NCBI GenBank assembly: GCA_032718475.1 | Contig: JAUCBJ010002220.1 | Coordinates: 1 to 64,000 of the forward strand | Source of the DNA: Nemertoderma westbladi | Lineage: Eukaryota; Animalia; Xenacoelomorpha | Length of the DNA stretch: 64,000 nucleotides | Direction: 5' to 3' | Part shown: piece by piece, positions 25,831-37,205 of the stretch | Layout of the letters: every line of letters starts with the position of its first letter | Position numbering within the stretch: the stretch's first letter is position 1 | Program-made: the position numbers and the translations under genes | Notes under the pieces: generated by a model | What the model saw: the letters and a program-made list of their open reading frames with translations, nothing else | Told to the model about the DNA's origin: nothing | Databases searched by the model: none

Positions 25831-27749
25831 TATAGAATTATATTCCCTAAATGCCGTGGATTTTCAAAATTTTATTTTATTCGAATTAACTTTGTAAAGA
25901 TTGCTTTGAGTTCTCATTAGTATTGGTTCTATCTATTATGCATCTATCGATCAAGTGGTTCAGTAGCTCAGTTGGTAGAGCGTTGGAAATTATATGTGTA
26001 GTAGGTATCGAGTTCGAATCCTAGTAAGTGCGAATTATTTTTTGTGCAGAATTTCAACTCATTTAAATTAACCGCTACAAATTAATTGCATTTGTCTGTA
26101 CCAATAAGGCTGTAGTTATTTGATTGTAACCAATGTCGTGCAAGTTATATATTAGCTGGACCAATAAGCTATCTTTAAAACCTCGTTAGAACCCATAGAA
26201 CAATCGAGAATTTTCTCGATTGATTGCAGCACAAATTTAGTATATAAAGGTGCGATTCGTTCATTAGTTATCTCTCAATCTACTCAAGCCATCATTCACT
26301 TTCTGTCTTATTTCAGATTACATTGTTTATTGTATAATAGTTATTATATCTTTTGTAATAAAAGTCAGAAATACTAGTCACATCTCAGCCCTTTTCTATC
26401 TGTTTTACTATGGTTTCACTACGGTGAACAAACTCAGGGACAGGATGGCCGGCTAGAGATCGGGCCGCAGCAATGAACGGGAACATCACGGGAATGTAGA
26501 CGAGAGACAACCCGCAATACCATCTTAGAGTTATTCGCCCATCGCCTGAAAGGTTAGACAGCGTTCGATCCTTGCTACCTAAGTGTAAGACCAAAAGATC
26601 AAAGGTAGACGTAGTGACACGCTGCAAGCCTAAAATTACATCATAGGGACTGTACTGTCTTGATTCAGGGAAAACCGCAGTAGACCTTCATATTCCTACG
26701 GGGGGAGAGGGAGAGAGAGCAGATACTAGTACGCAGATAGGACGTAGGCACACCGGTACAAGGCATACACATTGGTTAGGGTGCAGCAAACTGTACGCTT
26801 AACTCTTGCTAAGTACAGGTGTGTGTGCGACTATTTGCCGTACAACGGTGTCCGTTACATCAGAACTTGTAGGCTAGGGGGGTTGCTGTGTTTTCACCTG
26901 AATTGGGATTGTACCGTTCAGGCGGTAGGGCAGTTTACGCTAGGCGCAAATAAATTGAGGCTATCAGGGATACTAACATCTACCGTGTCCCCGCCAACGC
27001 CCTAATAGGAAGTTACCCGGACTACCTGGGTGACTAAAATTCTAGATAGGAGCCAGGATAGCTATTAGTACCCGTACGCCTACAGTAGTAAACTAACACA
27101 TCTCTTCTTAGTATCAGGGACCTGGTACCTAAAATTGCCGAATTCTGGGCGTAGTATTAACCTTATGCCTGAATTTGAGTCCTGGAAATACGCAAGAGGG
27201 GAAGGAACCTTATCATTCGTGAGTATTGGACCTACAAGTTATAAAATTAGAATATTCGTAAAATGCACACCGTACCCAGTAATTATATATGTGAAGGAGC
27301 AAAACTGCTTTGACCGTTCAGAATTAACACATGCGCGTTAAAATTTATTTACACCTCGAAATATATAAAATTAACTTTCGTCCTTACTGCACTTTGCTCG
27401 CTAGTTAGACATCTCCAAATCTGCTCTATACCTAGCTAGCGTCCTTTTGCCCAACCATATAAATCACACCGCGGCAAAGTATACGAGCCTCTTAGTCCGT
27501 CAGTGAGTCAGCCTGATTTTAGGATTCGCTGCGCGGGATTTTGTTTTATCGAAGTTTGTCTGCTCGTAGACTGTTTTCTGCCTCACCGGTTAAAAGAGAT
27601 CGATACTGCAATATATTCGCTTACTTGGGGTTTACTGTTTTGGTGAGAAGGTCGGATTTATGATTTGATTTACAAACTTTACAGTAGGATATTGCAGGTA
27701 TTGTTACCGTCTCTTCCGATAGTAGGAATAGGCGTATCTCTCCAATTTA
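25831..27749 (+). repeat. 5' LTR of element B
   Basis: Matches 40471-42389 with only one difference seen by eye (27379 C vs 42019 T). CCAAT boxes at 26101-26165, TATATAAA at ~26241, AATAAA at 26357 and 26949. Confidence 0.95.
25957..26043 (+). ncRNA. tRNA-derived Pol III cassette (A box, B box, T6 terminator) inside the 5' LTR; not a functional tRNA
   Basis: GGTTCAG-TAGCTCAGTTGGTAGAGCG (D arm, A box) ... GAGTTCGAATCC (B box) ... TTTTTT. Acceptor and anticodon stems do not pair well. Confidence 0.75.
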
Positions 27750-27760
27750 GTAGGAATATG
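27750..27760 (+). promoter_or_regulatory. Putative non-tRNA primer-binding site GTAGGAATATG
   Basis: Abuts the 5' LTR end, lacks TGG, and is the exact reverse complement of CATATTCCTAC at 26689-26699. Confidence 0.5.
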
Positions 27761-28562
27761 TTTTACTGAACTACGGTTCGGTAGGACTAAAGTTATTTGA
27801 AAATTTTGTATTTTGAGGTAAAAATTTATATTTGATTAGCTAAGTGCTAATTTTTTGAAATAAAATTTGATTTGAACCGCGTGTAAAATATTTTTGGAAT
27901 TGAATACCGGTGTTTAAAAGGGTTTAAATACCATATTGTACCGGTACAAATTTTTTCGTAAAAGTAAAACCTAACTCTTTTGTTTTTTCAGGATTCAGAA
28001 CTCATTTCTAGACTGTAACGGGAGCAAGACCGTGTTTAGCAAGTTTGGGAGATAGATAACTCAACAACTTTGGTTGAGAAAATCGCGTTTCGTCCGCAAC
28101 GTTAAAAACGGAAAGGTTCACGTTCGGTTTGTATCTGGGAATCTGTTTTTCTGGAGAATTATTGGAGTGGGTGAGTTCGAAAAGTTGCATAAATAAGTTA
28201 GGCATTACCGTATTAGTTAAAAATTATTGTGGGTTCCACTGTCTCAAGTATTTATGCATTCCGTACGATTTCTTTGTTCATTGCTGAATTAGTCCGTATT
28301 ATTGTATTTAATTTACCTTTTGATAACGCATATCGTTATCCGATTTATTTGTTGTAAAATTGGCCGCTAGGCTAATTTTATTATATACTTATTCCGTGAC
28401 ATTTATTTGCTGTAAAATTGGCCGTTTTAGGCTAATTTTATCCATCTGCTATAAAATCAGCCGGTAGGCTAATTTTATAAGACTGTAATTAGTACCGTTT
28501 AGATATAAATACGGTAAACTCGATACTTTGACACTCACTTCACTTGACTTACAACTACCGAA

Positions 28563-31500
28563 ATGAGTGACAAACAAGACTATACGAAGAATACACAAAC
28601 CGACTATGACTCATGTGACGCGGATAAGTCAGCAGCGGAAGAACAACAGGGGAAGACTCGCGAGCCTACCGAACCTACACCGTGTGCGTCACCAGTACAT
28701 CCAACGGGAGTACCGGATGCCGTAGTACGAGGCGACGGCAGGACCGAGGACTTTCTAACTGTTCCGCAACCTAGATATAGGGAAACGGAAATGGTAAGTT
28801 CAGCAGGAAGCACAGAAAGTGTGGTTAGAAGCGTCGGAGGATACATGGCGCATATAACCAGGAGCATTGGAGAAGGCCAACGCATATTAGACGGGTTGAC
28901 CGCTCCGATGTCTCGATTCGAGTTCTACACCCTCCAGGTTAGAGTACAGAGTAAAGTATATAAGTCCGTAGATAATCTAGTTGGCCTACAAGATCTAGCT
29001 AGACAGAGACAGGACATGGATACTCAACTTAGAATCCTTGAGAAACTAATGATCACTAGAGAGAAACTGATTCAGTTTAAGTCGACGATTAGACAGATAC
29101 AACAGGAACAAGCGGACCAGTTGTTAGGTGAGTCAGTTTCGGACGAATTATTACAGCCCGAGGAAGAACAGGAACTGTACCGACTGGATGGACAATTGAA
29201 ACACCTGACGGATCACTTGCGCATGTGCGGCGAAGACGTCGGGGATTGGGAAACCGTGCCGGAGGCTACGAGGGAAACTTCACTCGCACAAATCGAATCG
29301 GCACCGGGAATACTAAATCAATCGCTGGTAAGTATTCGTAGCGAAATCTGCGAGGGAAGTATGGTCACGTCAGAAGTTGCTCGACAACAGCAAGAATTCT
29401 GCCGACAACGACGAGAAATGGAGGAACAAGCTCAACTTCTAGTGATGCAGGCAGCAGTAGAGGAAGAGAAGCTACGCGTTGCGAATATAGCGAGAATCTC
29501 TCATCTACAGGAACAAGCTGAATTAGAAGCAGCCGAAGTAGAAAGGTTAGAGCGAGACATTGCCCGACAAGCGGCAGCGGCAGCGGCCGAGTCAGAGCGA
29601 CAAGCGGCAGCGGCAGCGGCAGCGGCCGAGTCAGAGCGACAAGCGGCAGCGGCAGCGGCGGAATTAGAACGAGACAGGTTAGTTTCGGAAGCACGGGCCG
29701 AAATGAAAACACGGCAAATAAAGGCTCAATCCGCTATACGACAAGCAGAGTTTGAGGCGCAACAACGACAAACGGAACAACGAGAGAAGACAGCTAAACT
29801 TCATTTCGAACTCGAGAAGAAGGCGAGAGAATTAGCGAACGCCGAGGAAGATCTGGATCAAAAGGCCCGCGATCGATCGATGAGATCTCGAGACGGACAT
29901 GACTTGGACCAGATAGAGGTAAGAAATCGCCAAATTCAGGAACGAAAGAAGGAAGGAAGCGTAGGAGCACCCGGACGGGAACGACAATTAGTAAAGGACT
30001 TGTGTCAACGATTCCCACAGGTAACTCATATGTTTGCACCGGTTACGACTAAGGAACCTGTTTCGATTGCGGGTAGTAGTAACATTTCTCCTATCCATGG
30101 TGCGACGGAACACAGGTTTGTTATTCCGGACAAGTTTACACCGCCAAGAGCAACGTCGTCGCCTATTCCGAAAGTCAAGGTAAGTAACCCACCGATTACA
30201 GATCGTAGTAGTTTATTAGTCGGACCTGCACTACTGACGACAAAACAGGTGAGTCCACCTTTGACACCTAAACCCGTTACGCACTACGATTACCCAATGA
30301 CATTTCGGCCTACAAGGCCTTTGGATTCAAACGCGGTCGTCCGACCACCAGTTCAGTTTACGTCGCAATCTACGACTTCGAGGAAGACTTGTGAGCCTAC
30401 CGAACAACGGAGAACAGTGGAGACGCGACCGTTCAACCAGTTTACATCGCAATCTACGACTTCGAGGAAGACTTGTGAGCCTACCGAACAACGGAGATCA
30501 GTGGACGATGTTCCGAAACGAGCCGTTAGAATTCGAACGACGCAACGGACGCGAGCACGTCGACCACCATATCCAGATGATAGTAGTACTTCAAGCGAAT
30601 CGGATTACCCGAAACGCGAGGTATTTAGAACAGGGGCGGCCGACGAATATAAACGCGAGCGTTCAGACAACTCCTTTGCAGACAATCCTCCACAGAATAC
30701 ACCAACACAGAAGGCGTTACAACCAACGAACGCAATTAGTACACAACAGTTCGCCGACATTCTGCGACCAGTTGTCAATAAGTTGGCTCAGATCGAGGAA
30801 CGTCTGGAGGAAGTTCAAACCGACAGTTCGAGAAATTCCGAATTCGAACACAATAGACACCCGAAGGGACCACAAAGACCGGTACCTTCAAACCCCACAT
30901 CGTATCAGGGAAAAGCGCCAAGAAGGGAGAACATCAACCAGGTTACCAACCAAGGACGCGAAACTCTGAACGTTGCCGAGGAGATAGCGAAATTCGCAGC
31001 CAGACAGGGATTGCCGGTACAACAACCACCGAAGTTCTCCGGTAGCTCAAAACACTGGCATACCTTCGTAGACTATATTGAATCCCAGATCGCCGTGTGC
31101 GCCTTTACATCACGAGAGAAGTTCAATTACTTGCTCCAAACGTTGTCAGGAGAACCTAAACGTTTGGCGGAGACTTTCGTCGGTGTACCAGACGCTTTCG
31201 AACTAGCGTACGATCGTTTGACTTCGATATACGGAGGTACAGTGAGTATGGCCAGGTCAGTAATAGAAGAACTCTGTAAGGGAGGGGCTATCACTAAACC
31301 CGTCGACTTACTAAAACTGGCTGACGAGATTAAGAACGCTATCACTACCTTAAGATCAATTGGACAACTTGATTACGGGAATACACCTACAGTCCTATTA
31401 AAGATAATAGGACGACTCCACCATCGACTTCGTCGGGAGTGGAGGAAGGTCGAATATCAGCGAGAGGAGCGAGGAGGATTCCTAAAATTAGAAGATGTGT

Positions 31501-34500
31501 ACCTTTTAATATCCAGGGAGGCGGTAGTAGAAACTCGATCTAACTATACCGACCAGCACATCGTGGCAGAAGGGATCACACTGCCATCCTCCAACCGACA
31601 AAAACCCCAGACAACATCCACAAAGACGGCCACTTACGCCACACCGACGGAATCACGACAATTCTCAGACGGTAATAGAGTATCTGCGCCCATTGGGACG
31701 AAACAGACGAGACAGCAACTCAGCGCTGACTTCAACGGCTGCCAATACTGCGAACATTTAGGTAAGCGGTATATTGGTCACAAGTTACGAGGTTGTCGAC
31801 AATTTCGCGAGTTGAACTCAGAAGAACGACGGCTGCAGATACGGCCACTGGACTCTTGTTGGCGGTGTACGCGACACGGACACGTCCGTAAGGATTGCCC
31901 AAATACCGACACTTGTCCATCCTGTGGACGCAACCACGACGGTCTGCTCCACACAGACAGCCACACGCCGACGAAACGCTTCGCCAGGGAACACCCGGAA
32001 GCAGCAGCGAGATGTGATGCGGCTTACCGAAAACGAGAATCGAAAACGACTCCGACTTTCGTGACCCATATAGAGGATTGCTTTTCAGAACAATCCGGAT
32101 CGTCGGACGAAGAATCAGACGACGACGAATATTCTAATGGAGACGAACAACCGTCAATCGCGCTCCTGACCACTGACCAACTGAAGGGATTCAGTGTAAT
32201 CCCGATTAAAGTTACTGGCACAAAAGGGAGTAAGAGGATTTACGCGATTCTAGACTCAGCCTCATCTCACAGTTACGTGGATGAAAAGATAGCTGACGTC
32301 GTAACGGATCTCAGACAAGGTAAACACGTCAGTTATACAGTAAGTAGTATGCACGGCCAGCGTGCAATACCAGTGACACGAGTTAAGTTGGACTTAGACT
32401 CTCTTCTTCCAAAATCGCAACACAGCGAGAGGGAGAGGTCTTTGTTGCCCTTTAGAGATCTAACCTTTGCGGCCACGAAGGACTTTAGTAACCTACTAGG
32501 TCCAGTGCCGGAACAATCTCTGGAGGACCGTAAGTATTTCAGACACCTTGGTGTACCCGAATGTCCTGTCAATTATAGATCGGTAGCAATGCTGATCGGG
32601 ACGGACCAATTCAACCTACATCAGGTGTGGGAAACCAGACCATCGGCAGTTGTAGCAGGAAACGCATACGCCTGCAGAACGCCGATAGGGTGGTATACTC
32701 GAGCGCCTGTGCGCACACTAGACGTAAGTGACGAGGAAGACGACGTACAGAGTACATGTAGTTTATTGACTACAAACTCAATTCATTCCTTTTCACACGA
32801 CGTGAACCATACTACGCTACAGTCGACAAAACATCACAGACGTGTAACTAGTATGATAAGTCACAAGGAGCAGCTAACCCACAAGGTGAGTTTAGAACTT
32901 GGGGAGAAGACGAATCAGCTAGAGATTCCATCGACGACAGATGATAGGCTTGCGAGTCTACCTACCCCAATAACTTCAACAGTGCCCATCGATATCGACG
33001 ATGACGCGTTGAAAATTCATCAGTTGGAACAAGCCGCCTTGGACAAAGAATTAACGGAGAAGACTATCAGGTGGTTAGAACAAGATACAGCTGAACCTGG
33101 TAGCTACGACCCTTGTATGTCGGAACAGGAGAAACAATCTCTAAAGATCATGGAGGATACTATCCGACAGACGGAGGACGGACATTACGAGGTGGGTATG
33201 TTATGGCGTAGCCAAAGTCCTAAACTTATAAATAACTACCCACTGGCTTTAAGACGTCTACACTCAATCCGACAACGTCTATTAAAGGACGAGAAAGCCC
33301 ATCTGCAGTACAACACTCAGATGAAGACATATTTGACAAAGGGATACGCTATCCGAATGACTAACCCGGAGCGAGTGACAGACCAGACGTACTACTTGCC
33401 ACATCACTATGTGAGACATCCCGACAAACCAGATAAAGTACGCGTAGTCAATGACTGTGCGGCTCTGTTTGAGGGAATGTCCCTCAATAGTGAATTGATG
33501 GATGGACCGAACATGAATAATTATCTTATGGGGGTGATTATGCGCTTCCGTCAGCGTCAAGTAGCCTTTACTTGCGACGTTGAAGCGATGTTTCACCAAG
33601 TGAAAGCGTTAGAGCGAGACAGAGACAGTTTGCGGTTTCTCTGGTATCCGGAAGGGGACTTAAGTCTACCACCAGCGACTTACCAAATGCAAGTTCGCGT
33701 TTTCGGTGCCAGAGACAGCCCAAATTGTACGATGTACGCCTTGAAGCAAGCCGCTAGAGATCAGAAACATCTGTATGACCCAGAGATAATTAGAATTGTA
33801 GAACGTGACTTTTACGTTGATGACGGTTTACAAAGTTGCGACACAGTAGAACGTGCTACAACAGTAGCACATCAATTACGGGACTGCTTGGCGGGCGGAG
33901 GTTTTAACCTCACCAAATTCGCCTCAAACAGTGCCGAATTAGTTGACTCATTCGGAACTACTGAGCGTGGAGGTGGTGACATAGACCTAGAGTTCGAACC
34001 ACTACCGACGACTAAGGTGTTGGGGCTCTTTTGGGACCCAAACACAGACAACTTTCGAGTGAAGGTGAGACTGGACAGTCAAGGAGACACACTGACCAAG
34101 AGATCATGCTTGTCAAAGTTGAGCCGATTGTTCGATCCGTTAGGATTCATCAGTCCAGTAATACTGCAAGCTCGCATTTATATGCGCAGTATATGGAAGG
34201 ATGGACTAACATGGGACGAGCCGATCTCATCAGACCAAGTGGACTTATGGAAGACCTGGGAGGCGGAATTGTCTTCGTTAGAGGATTATTCCATACCCAG
34301 GGTTTACTTTCCATTACAGAGTACATTTCCTGACAACTTGGAACTACACTGTTTTTCCGACGCCAGTGACAACGGGTTTGGTGTGGCAGCGTATTTGCGC
34401 AGACAAGTAGAATCAGACGAGTTCGATGTTTCGCTCATTACTTCCAAGGCTAAGACCATGCCTACTAAGTATATGACGACACCACGAGCCGAGCTACAAG

Positions 34501-37205
34501 CCGCGACCCTGTCAACCACCATCGTGAACCTCATACAGACAGAACTACAGTCGAGTTTACAGATATTTTATTGGACTGACGCGACGTTGGTTTTATTTTA
34601 CATAAACAACGACACACTCGAATTCAAGACATTCGTAGCTAACCGTCGCGCAGAGATTCTAGACCGTTCGATAAAAGAGGATTGGCGACATTGTCCCGGA
34701 CCACAAAACCCAGCTGATATTGCGTCGCGAGGAATGATGCCTGAGGAATTCTGTAAACCGGAGAACAAAGAGTTTTGGCAACACGGACCCCAGTTCTTGC
34801 AGAAATCGACACAAGATTGGCCTCCGTTATACGACAACAAGTCCAACACCATTCCTAAGGACGCCGAAATCAAGAAACCAAAAAAGGGGAAGACAAAGAA
34901 AAAGACAACGGCGGCAAAACTCAAGAAAAAACCGAAGGCGAAATGGAAGGATATAACTTCAAAGGTCAAGAGAGGAAGACTTGCGAGCCTTTCTACACCA
35001 GACATATTGCCAGACGGTCAACCAGACACGTTACCAGACGGTCAACCAGACATGTTACTAGACAGCCAACCAGACATTTTGCCAGACATATCACAAAATG
35101 TTCCATCAGACGCTAGTAACACACTGACAAACAGTAAAGCCGCAGTTTCCCTATTGGAGCGGCCTTCTATTGACAAACAACCAGATACGTTACCAGACGT
35201 ATCGCCAGACACATTACTAGACAGTCGACTAGACATTAGTAATGTATCGACTAACAATAAAGCCGCAGTCTCCCTATTGGAGCGGCCTTGTATTGACAAA
35301 CTACCAATTTTGACACACTTGAGCAACCATAAGCATGGTGAAACCTCATGTATTGCAGATGTGGGTAGTACCTACGCTAATGTAAATACAGGTGTTACTT
35401 TGCGCTCAAGAGACATACCGAACTTACAACCTGTGGTGAGACCTGGGATTAATGTCGGCAGAAAAATAAGTTTACCGAAACCTGCTGACCCCATAGAGTT
35501 CAAACCACCATTAACGATCGACTTACAAAGTACCGACAATCAAGGTAAGAAGACGAAGAAGGACAAATTACTTGTAGACCCGGATGGATCAACAGTCAAC
35601 AAGGGAATACTTACCGGCGGACCCGTGGGCCCTTCTAGTAATTCAAAACCTTCCAAAATCTCCATTGACTTACCTGATGACGTCACAAATACTTACGTCG
35701 ACCGATTTGTAAACTTAACAGACTCTTGGTCGAACGCTTGCCGAAAATTAGCGTGGATTGTACGTTTCGTACAATACGTTAAAGGCAAACGTGACTTTAC
35801 ACGTCGACTTACATTGGCTGAGATTGACAGGTGTGAGATTAAATTAATTCGCCATTACCAACTGCGATATTTCGCGCGCGAATTCACATCCATAAATCAA
35901 GGTCAACCAATCAAGTCGTCACCGATACTGAGTTGGAGTCCGATTATTTATAATGGCTTAATTTGTCATAAATCTCGGCTTCAAAACATTGACTTTAACA
36001 CAAACTTTAGGTACCCAATAATAATACCGCAACACCACGAACTACAACGTGCAATGATACTGGACGCACATTTACATCTGAAACACGCTGGAAGACACCA
36101 CTGTCTTTCCTACTTACGTACTAGATTTGTATTAATTAGACCCAGTAAAGCATTGAGTTCAGTGACACGTACGTGTATTATTTGTAAAAAGGTACATTCT
36201 AGAATAGGTACCCAAGAAATGAGTGAACTACCACAAGCACGACTTCAAGCATTCAGACCACCTTTTACAGAGACTGGAATTGATTGCTTTGGTCCCATAC
36301 ATACTAAACGTGGACGTATACTAGTAAAACGCTGGGGACTGATTTTCACATGTATGTCCAGTAGGGCAGTTCACATTGAACGTGTGATGGATCTTTCCAC
36401 CAACGCGTTTATACTAGCACTGCGGCGATTTATCGCTAGACGCGGACTAGTAAAATGCTTGTACTCAGACCAAGGGACAAACTTCGTTGGTGCTCGGAAT
36501 GAGATCGCTAGAGCCTTTAAGAAATTAGATCACGATCAAATCTCGAACGAACTACAACCTCACAAGATTGTTTGGAAGTTTAATCCTCCAGATAGTCCTT
36601 GGAGAGGCGGAGTCTGGGAGAGATTGATTAGATCTATAAAAACGGCCATGGCAAAGGTCATTCCAGTAAACCACATATTAACAGACGACCAACTGACAAC
36701 ATTGTTTGTTGAAATCGAGGCAATACTAAATACTAGACCAATAGTATTAGTACCCGATGACAAACAATCTCAGTTCGCTTTAACACCAGCACACCTGCTT
36801 ATGCAGGCACCGACAACTTTGACACCTATTTCTATTCCAATAGAAAGCGACAGTTACGGTAGAAAAGCGTGGAAAATCACGCAACTACTGGCTAACAAAT
36901 TCTGGGAAATATGGCAAAACCATTATTTGCCCTCTATTTCTGCCAGAACAACATGGTACAATAACACCCGCGCATTAAAGCCGGGAGATCACGTGCTGTT
37001 GGCAGAAGTGAATCTGAAAAGACGCTTCTGGATAACAGGTGTCATTTTAGCCACACATCCATCTATGGATGGAGTGACAAGAACTGTGACGGTACGGACA
37101 ATTGACGGTCGTACAGTAGACAGACCGACTCAACGTCTCGTACTTCTTGAAGAGACTCGTAACGAGTCTGGAGACTACAAATCTCCACCTAATACTAGTA
37201 AATAA
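28563..37205 (+). CDS. gag-pol: BEL/Pao Gag-Pol polyprotein, 2880 aa (Gag, 3 zinc knuckles, aspartic protease, RT, RNase H, integrase)
   Basis: PPKFSG gag motif; CWRCTRHGHVRKDC and CPSCGRNHDGLLH; LDSAS protease; YYLPHH, KVRVVND and FYVDD in RT; LHCFSDAS RNase H; HHCC, GIDCFGP, SDQGTNF and GGVWERL in integrase; PR-RT-RH-IN order. Confidence 0.97.
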   Translation: MSDKQDYTKNTQTDYDSCDADKSAAEEQQGKTREPTEPTPCASPVHPTGVPDAVVRGDGRTEDFLTVPQPRYRETEMVSSAGSTESVVRSVGGYMAHITRSIGEGQRILDGLTAPMSRFEFYTLQVRVQSKVYKSVDNLVGLQDLARQRQDMDTQLRILEKLMITREKLIQFKSTIRQIQQEQADQLLGESVSDELLQPEEEQELYRLDGQLKHLTDHLRMCGEDVGDWETVPEATRETSLAQIESAPGILNQSLVSIRSEICEGSMVTSEVARQQQEFCRQRREMEEQAQLLVMQAAVEEEKLRVANIARISHLQEQAELEAAEVERLERDIARQAAAAAAESERQAAAAAAAAESERQAAAAAAELERDRLVSEARAEMKTRQIKAQSAIRQAEFEAQQRQTEQREKTAKLHFELEKKARELANAEEDLDQKARDRSMRSRDGHDLDQIEVRNRQIQERKKEGSVGAPGRERQLVKDLCQRFPQVTHMFAPVTTKEPVSIAGSSNISPIHGATEHRFVIPDKFTPPRATSSPIPKVKVSNPPITDRSSLLVGPALLTTKQVSPPLTPKPVTHYDYPMTFRPTRPLDSNAVVRPPVQFTSQSTTSRKTCEPTEQRRTVETRPFNQFTSQSTTSRKTCEPTEQRRSVDDVPKRAVRIRTTQRTRARRPPYPDDSSTSSESDYPKREVFRTGAADEYKRERSDNSFADNPPQNTPTQKALQPTNAISTQQFADILRPVVNKLAQIEERLEEVQTDSSRNSEFEHNRHPKGPQRPVPSNPTSYQGKAPRRENINQVTNQGRETLNVAEEIAKFAARQGLPVQQPPKFSGSSKHWHTFVDYIESQIAVCAFTSREKFNYLLQTLSGEPKRLAETFVGVPDAFELAYDRLTSIYGGTVSMARSVIEELCKGGAITKPVDLLKLADEIKNAITTLRSIGQLDYGNTPTVLLKIIGRLHHRLRREWRKVEYQREERGGFLKLEDVYLLISREAVVETRSNYTDQHIVAEGITLPSSNRQKPQTTSTKTATYATPTESRQFSDGNRVSAPIGTKQTRQQLSADFNGCQYCEHLGKRYIGHKLRGCRQFRELNSEERRLQIRPLDSCWRCTRHGHVRKDCPNTDTCPSCGRNHDGLLHTDSHTPTKRFAREHPEAAARCDAAYRKRESKTTPTFVTHIEDCFSEQSGSSDEESDDDEYSNGDEQPSIALLTTDQLKGFSVIPIKVTGTKGSKRIYAILDSASSHSYVDEKIADVVTDLRQGKHVSYTVSSMHGQRAIPVTRVKLDLDSLLPKSQHSERERSLLPFRDLTFAATKDFSNLLGPVPEQSLEDRKYFRHLGVPECPVNYRSVAMLIGTDQFNLHQVWETRPSAVVAGNAYACRTPIGWYTRAPVRTLDVSDEEDDVQSTCSLLTTNSIHSFSHDVNHTTLQSTKHHRRVTSMISHKEQLTHKVSLELGEKTNQLEIPSTTDDRLASLPTPITSTVPIDIDDDALKIHQLEQAALDKELTEKTIRWLEQDTAEPGSYDPCMSEQEKQSLKIMEDTIRQTEDGHYEVGMLWRSQSPKLINNYPLALRRLHSIRQRLLKDEKAHLQYNTQMKTYLTKGYAIRMTNPERVTDQTYYLPHHYVRHPDKPDKVRVVNDCAALFEGMSLNSELMDGPNMNNYLMGVIMRFRQRQVAFTCDVEAMFHQVKALERDRDSLRFLWYPEGDLSLPPATYQMQVRVFGARDSPNCTMYALKQAARDQKHLYDPEIIRIVERDFYVDDGLQSCDTVERATTVAHQLRDCLAGGGFNLTKFASNSAELVDSFGTTERGGGDIDLEFEPLPTTKVLGLFWDPNTDNFRVKVRLDSQGDTLTKRSCLSKLSRLFDPLGFISPVILQARIYMRSIWKDGLTWDEPISSDQVDLWKTWEAELSSLEDYSIPRVYFPLQSTFPDNLELHCFSDASDNGFGVAAYLRRQVESDEFDVSLITSKAKTMPTKYMTTPRAELQAATLSTTIVNLIQTELQSSLQIFYWTDATLVLFYINNDTLEFKTFVANRRAEILDRSIKEDWRHCPGPQNPADIASRGMMPEEFCKPENKEFWQHGPQFLQKSTQDWPPLYDNKSNTIPKDAEIKKPKKGKTKKKTTAAKLKKKPKAKWKDITSKVKRGRLASLSTPDILPDGQPDTLPDGQPDMLLDSQPDILPDISQNVPSDASNTLTNSKAAVSLLERPSIDKQPDTLPDVSPDTLLDSRLDISNVSTNNKAAVSLLERPCIDKLPILTHLSNHKHGETSCIADVGSTYANVNTGVTLRSRDIPNLQPVVRPGINVGRKISLPKPADPIEFKPPLTIDLQSTDNQGKKTKKDKLLVDPDGSTVNKGILTGGPVGPSSNSKPSKISIDLPDDVTNTYVDRFVNLTDSWSNACRKLAWIVRFVQYVKGKRDFTRRLTLAEIDRCEIKLIRHYQLRYFAREFTSINQGQPIKSSPILSWSPIIYNGLICHKSRLQNIDFNTNFRYPIIIPQHHELQRAMILDAHLHLKHAGRHHCLSYLRTRFVLIRPSKALSSVTRTCIICKKVHSRIGTQEMSELPQARLQAFRPPFTETGIDCFGPIHTKRGRILVKRWGLIFTCMSSRAVHIERVMDLSTNAFILALRRFIARRGLVKCLYSDQGTNFVGARNEIARAFKKLDHDQISNELQPHKIVWKFNPPDSPWRGGVWERLIRSIKTAMAKVIPVNHILTDDQLTTLFVEIEAILNTRPIVLVPDDKQSQFALTPAHLLMQAPTTLTPISIPIESDSYGRKAWKITQLLANKFWEIWQNHYLPSISARTTWYNNTRALKPGDHVLLAEVNLKRRFWITGVILATHPSMDGVTRTVTVRTIDGRTVDRPTQRLVLLEETRNESGDYKSPPNTSK

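Noticed and set aside
25957-26035. Functional tRNA gene
   Set aside because: Acceptor and anticodon stems do not pair; kept only as a tRNA-derived cassette.
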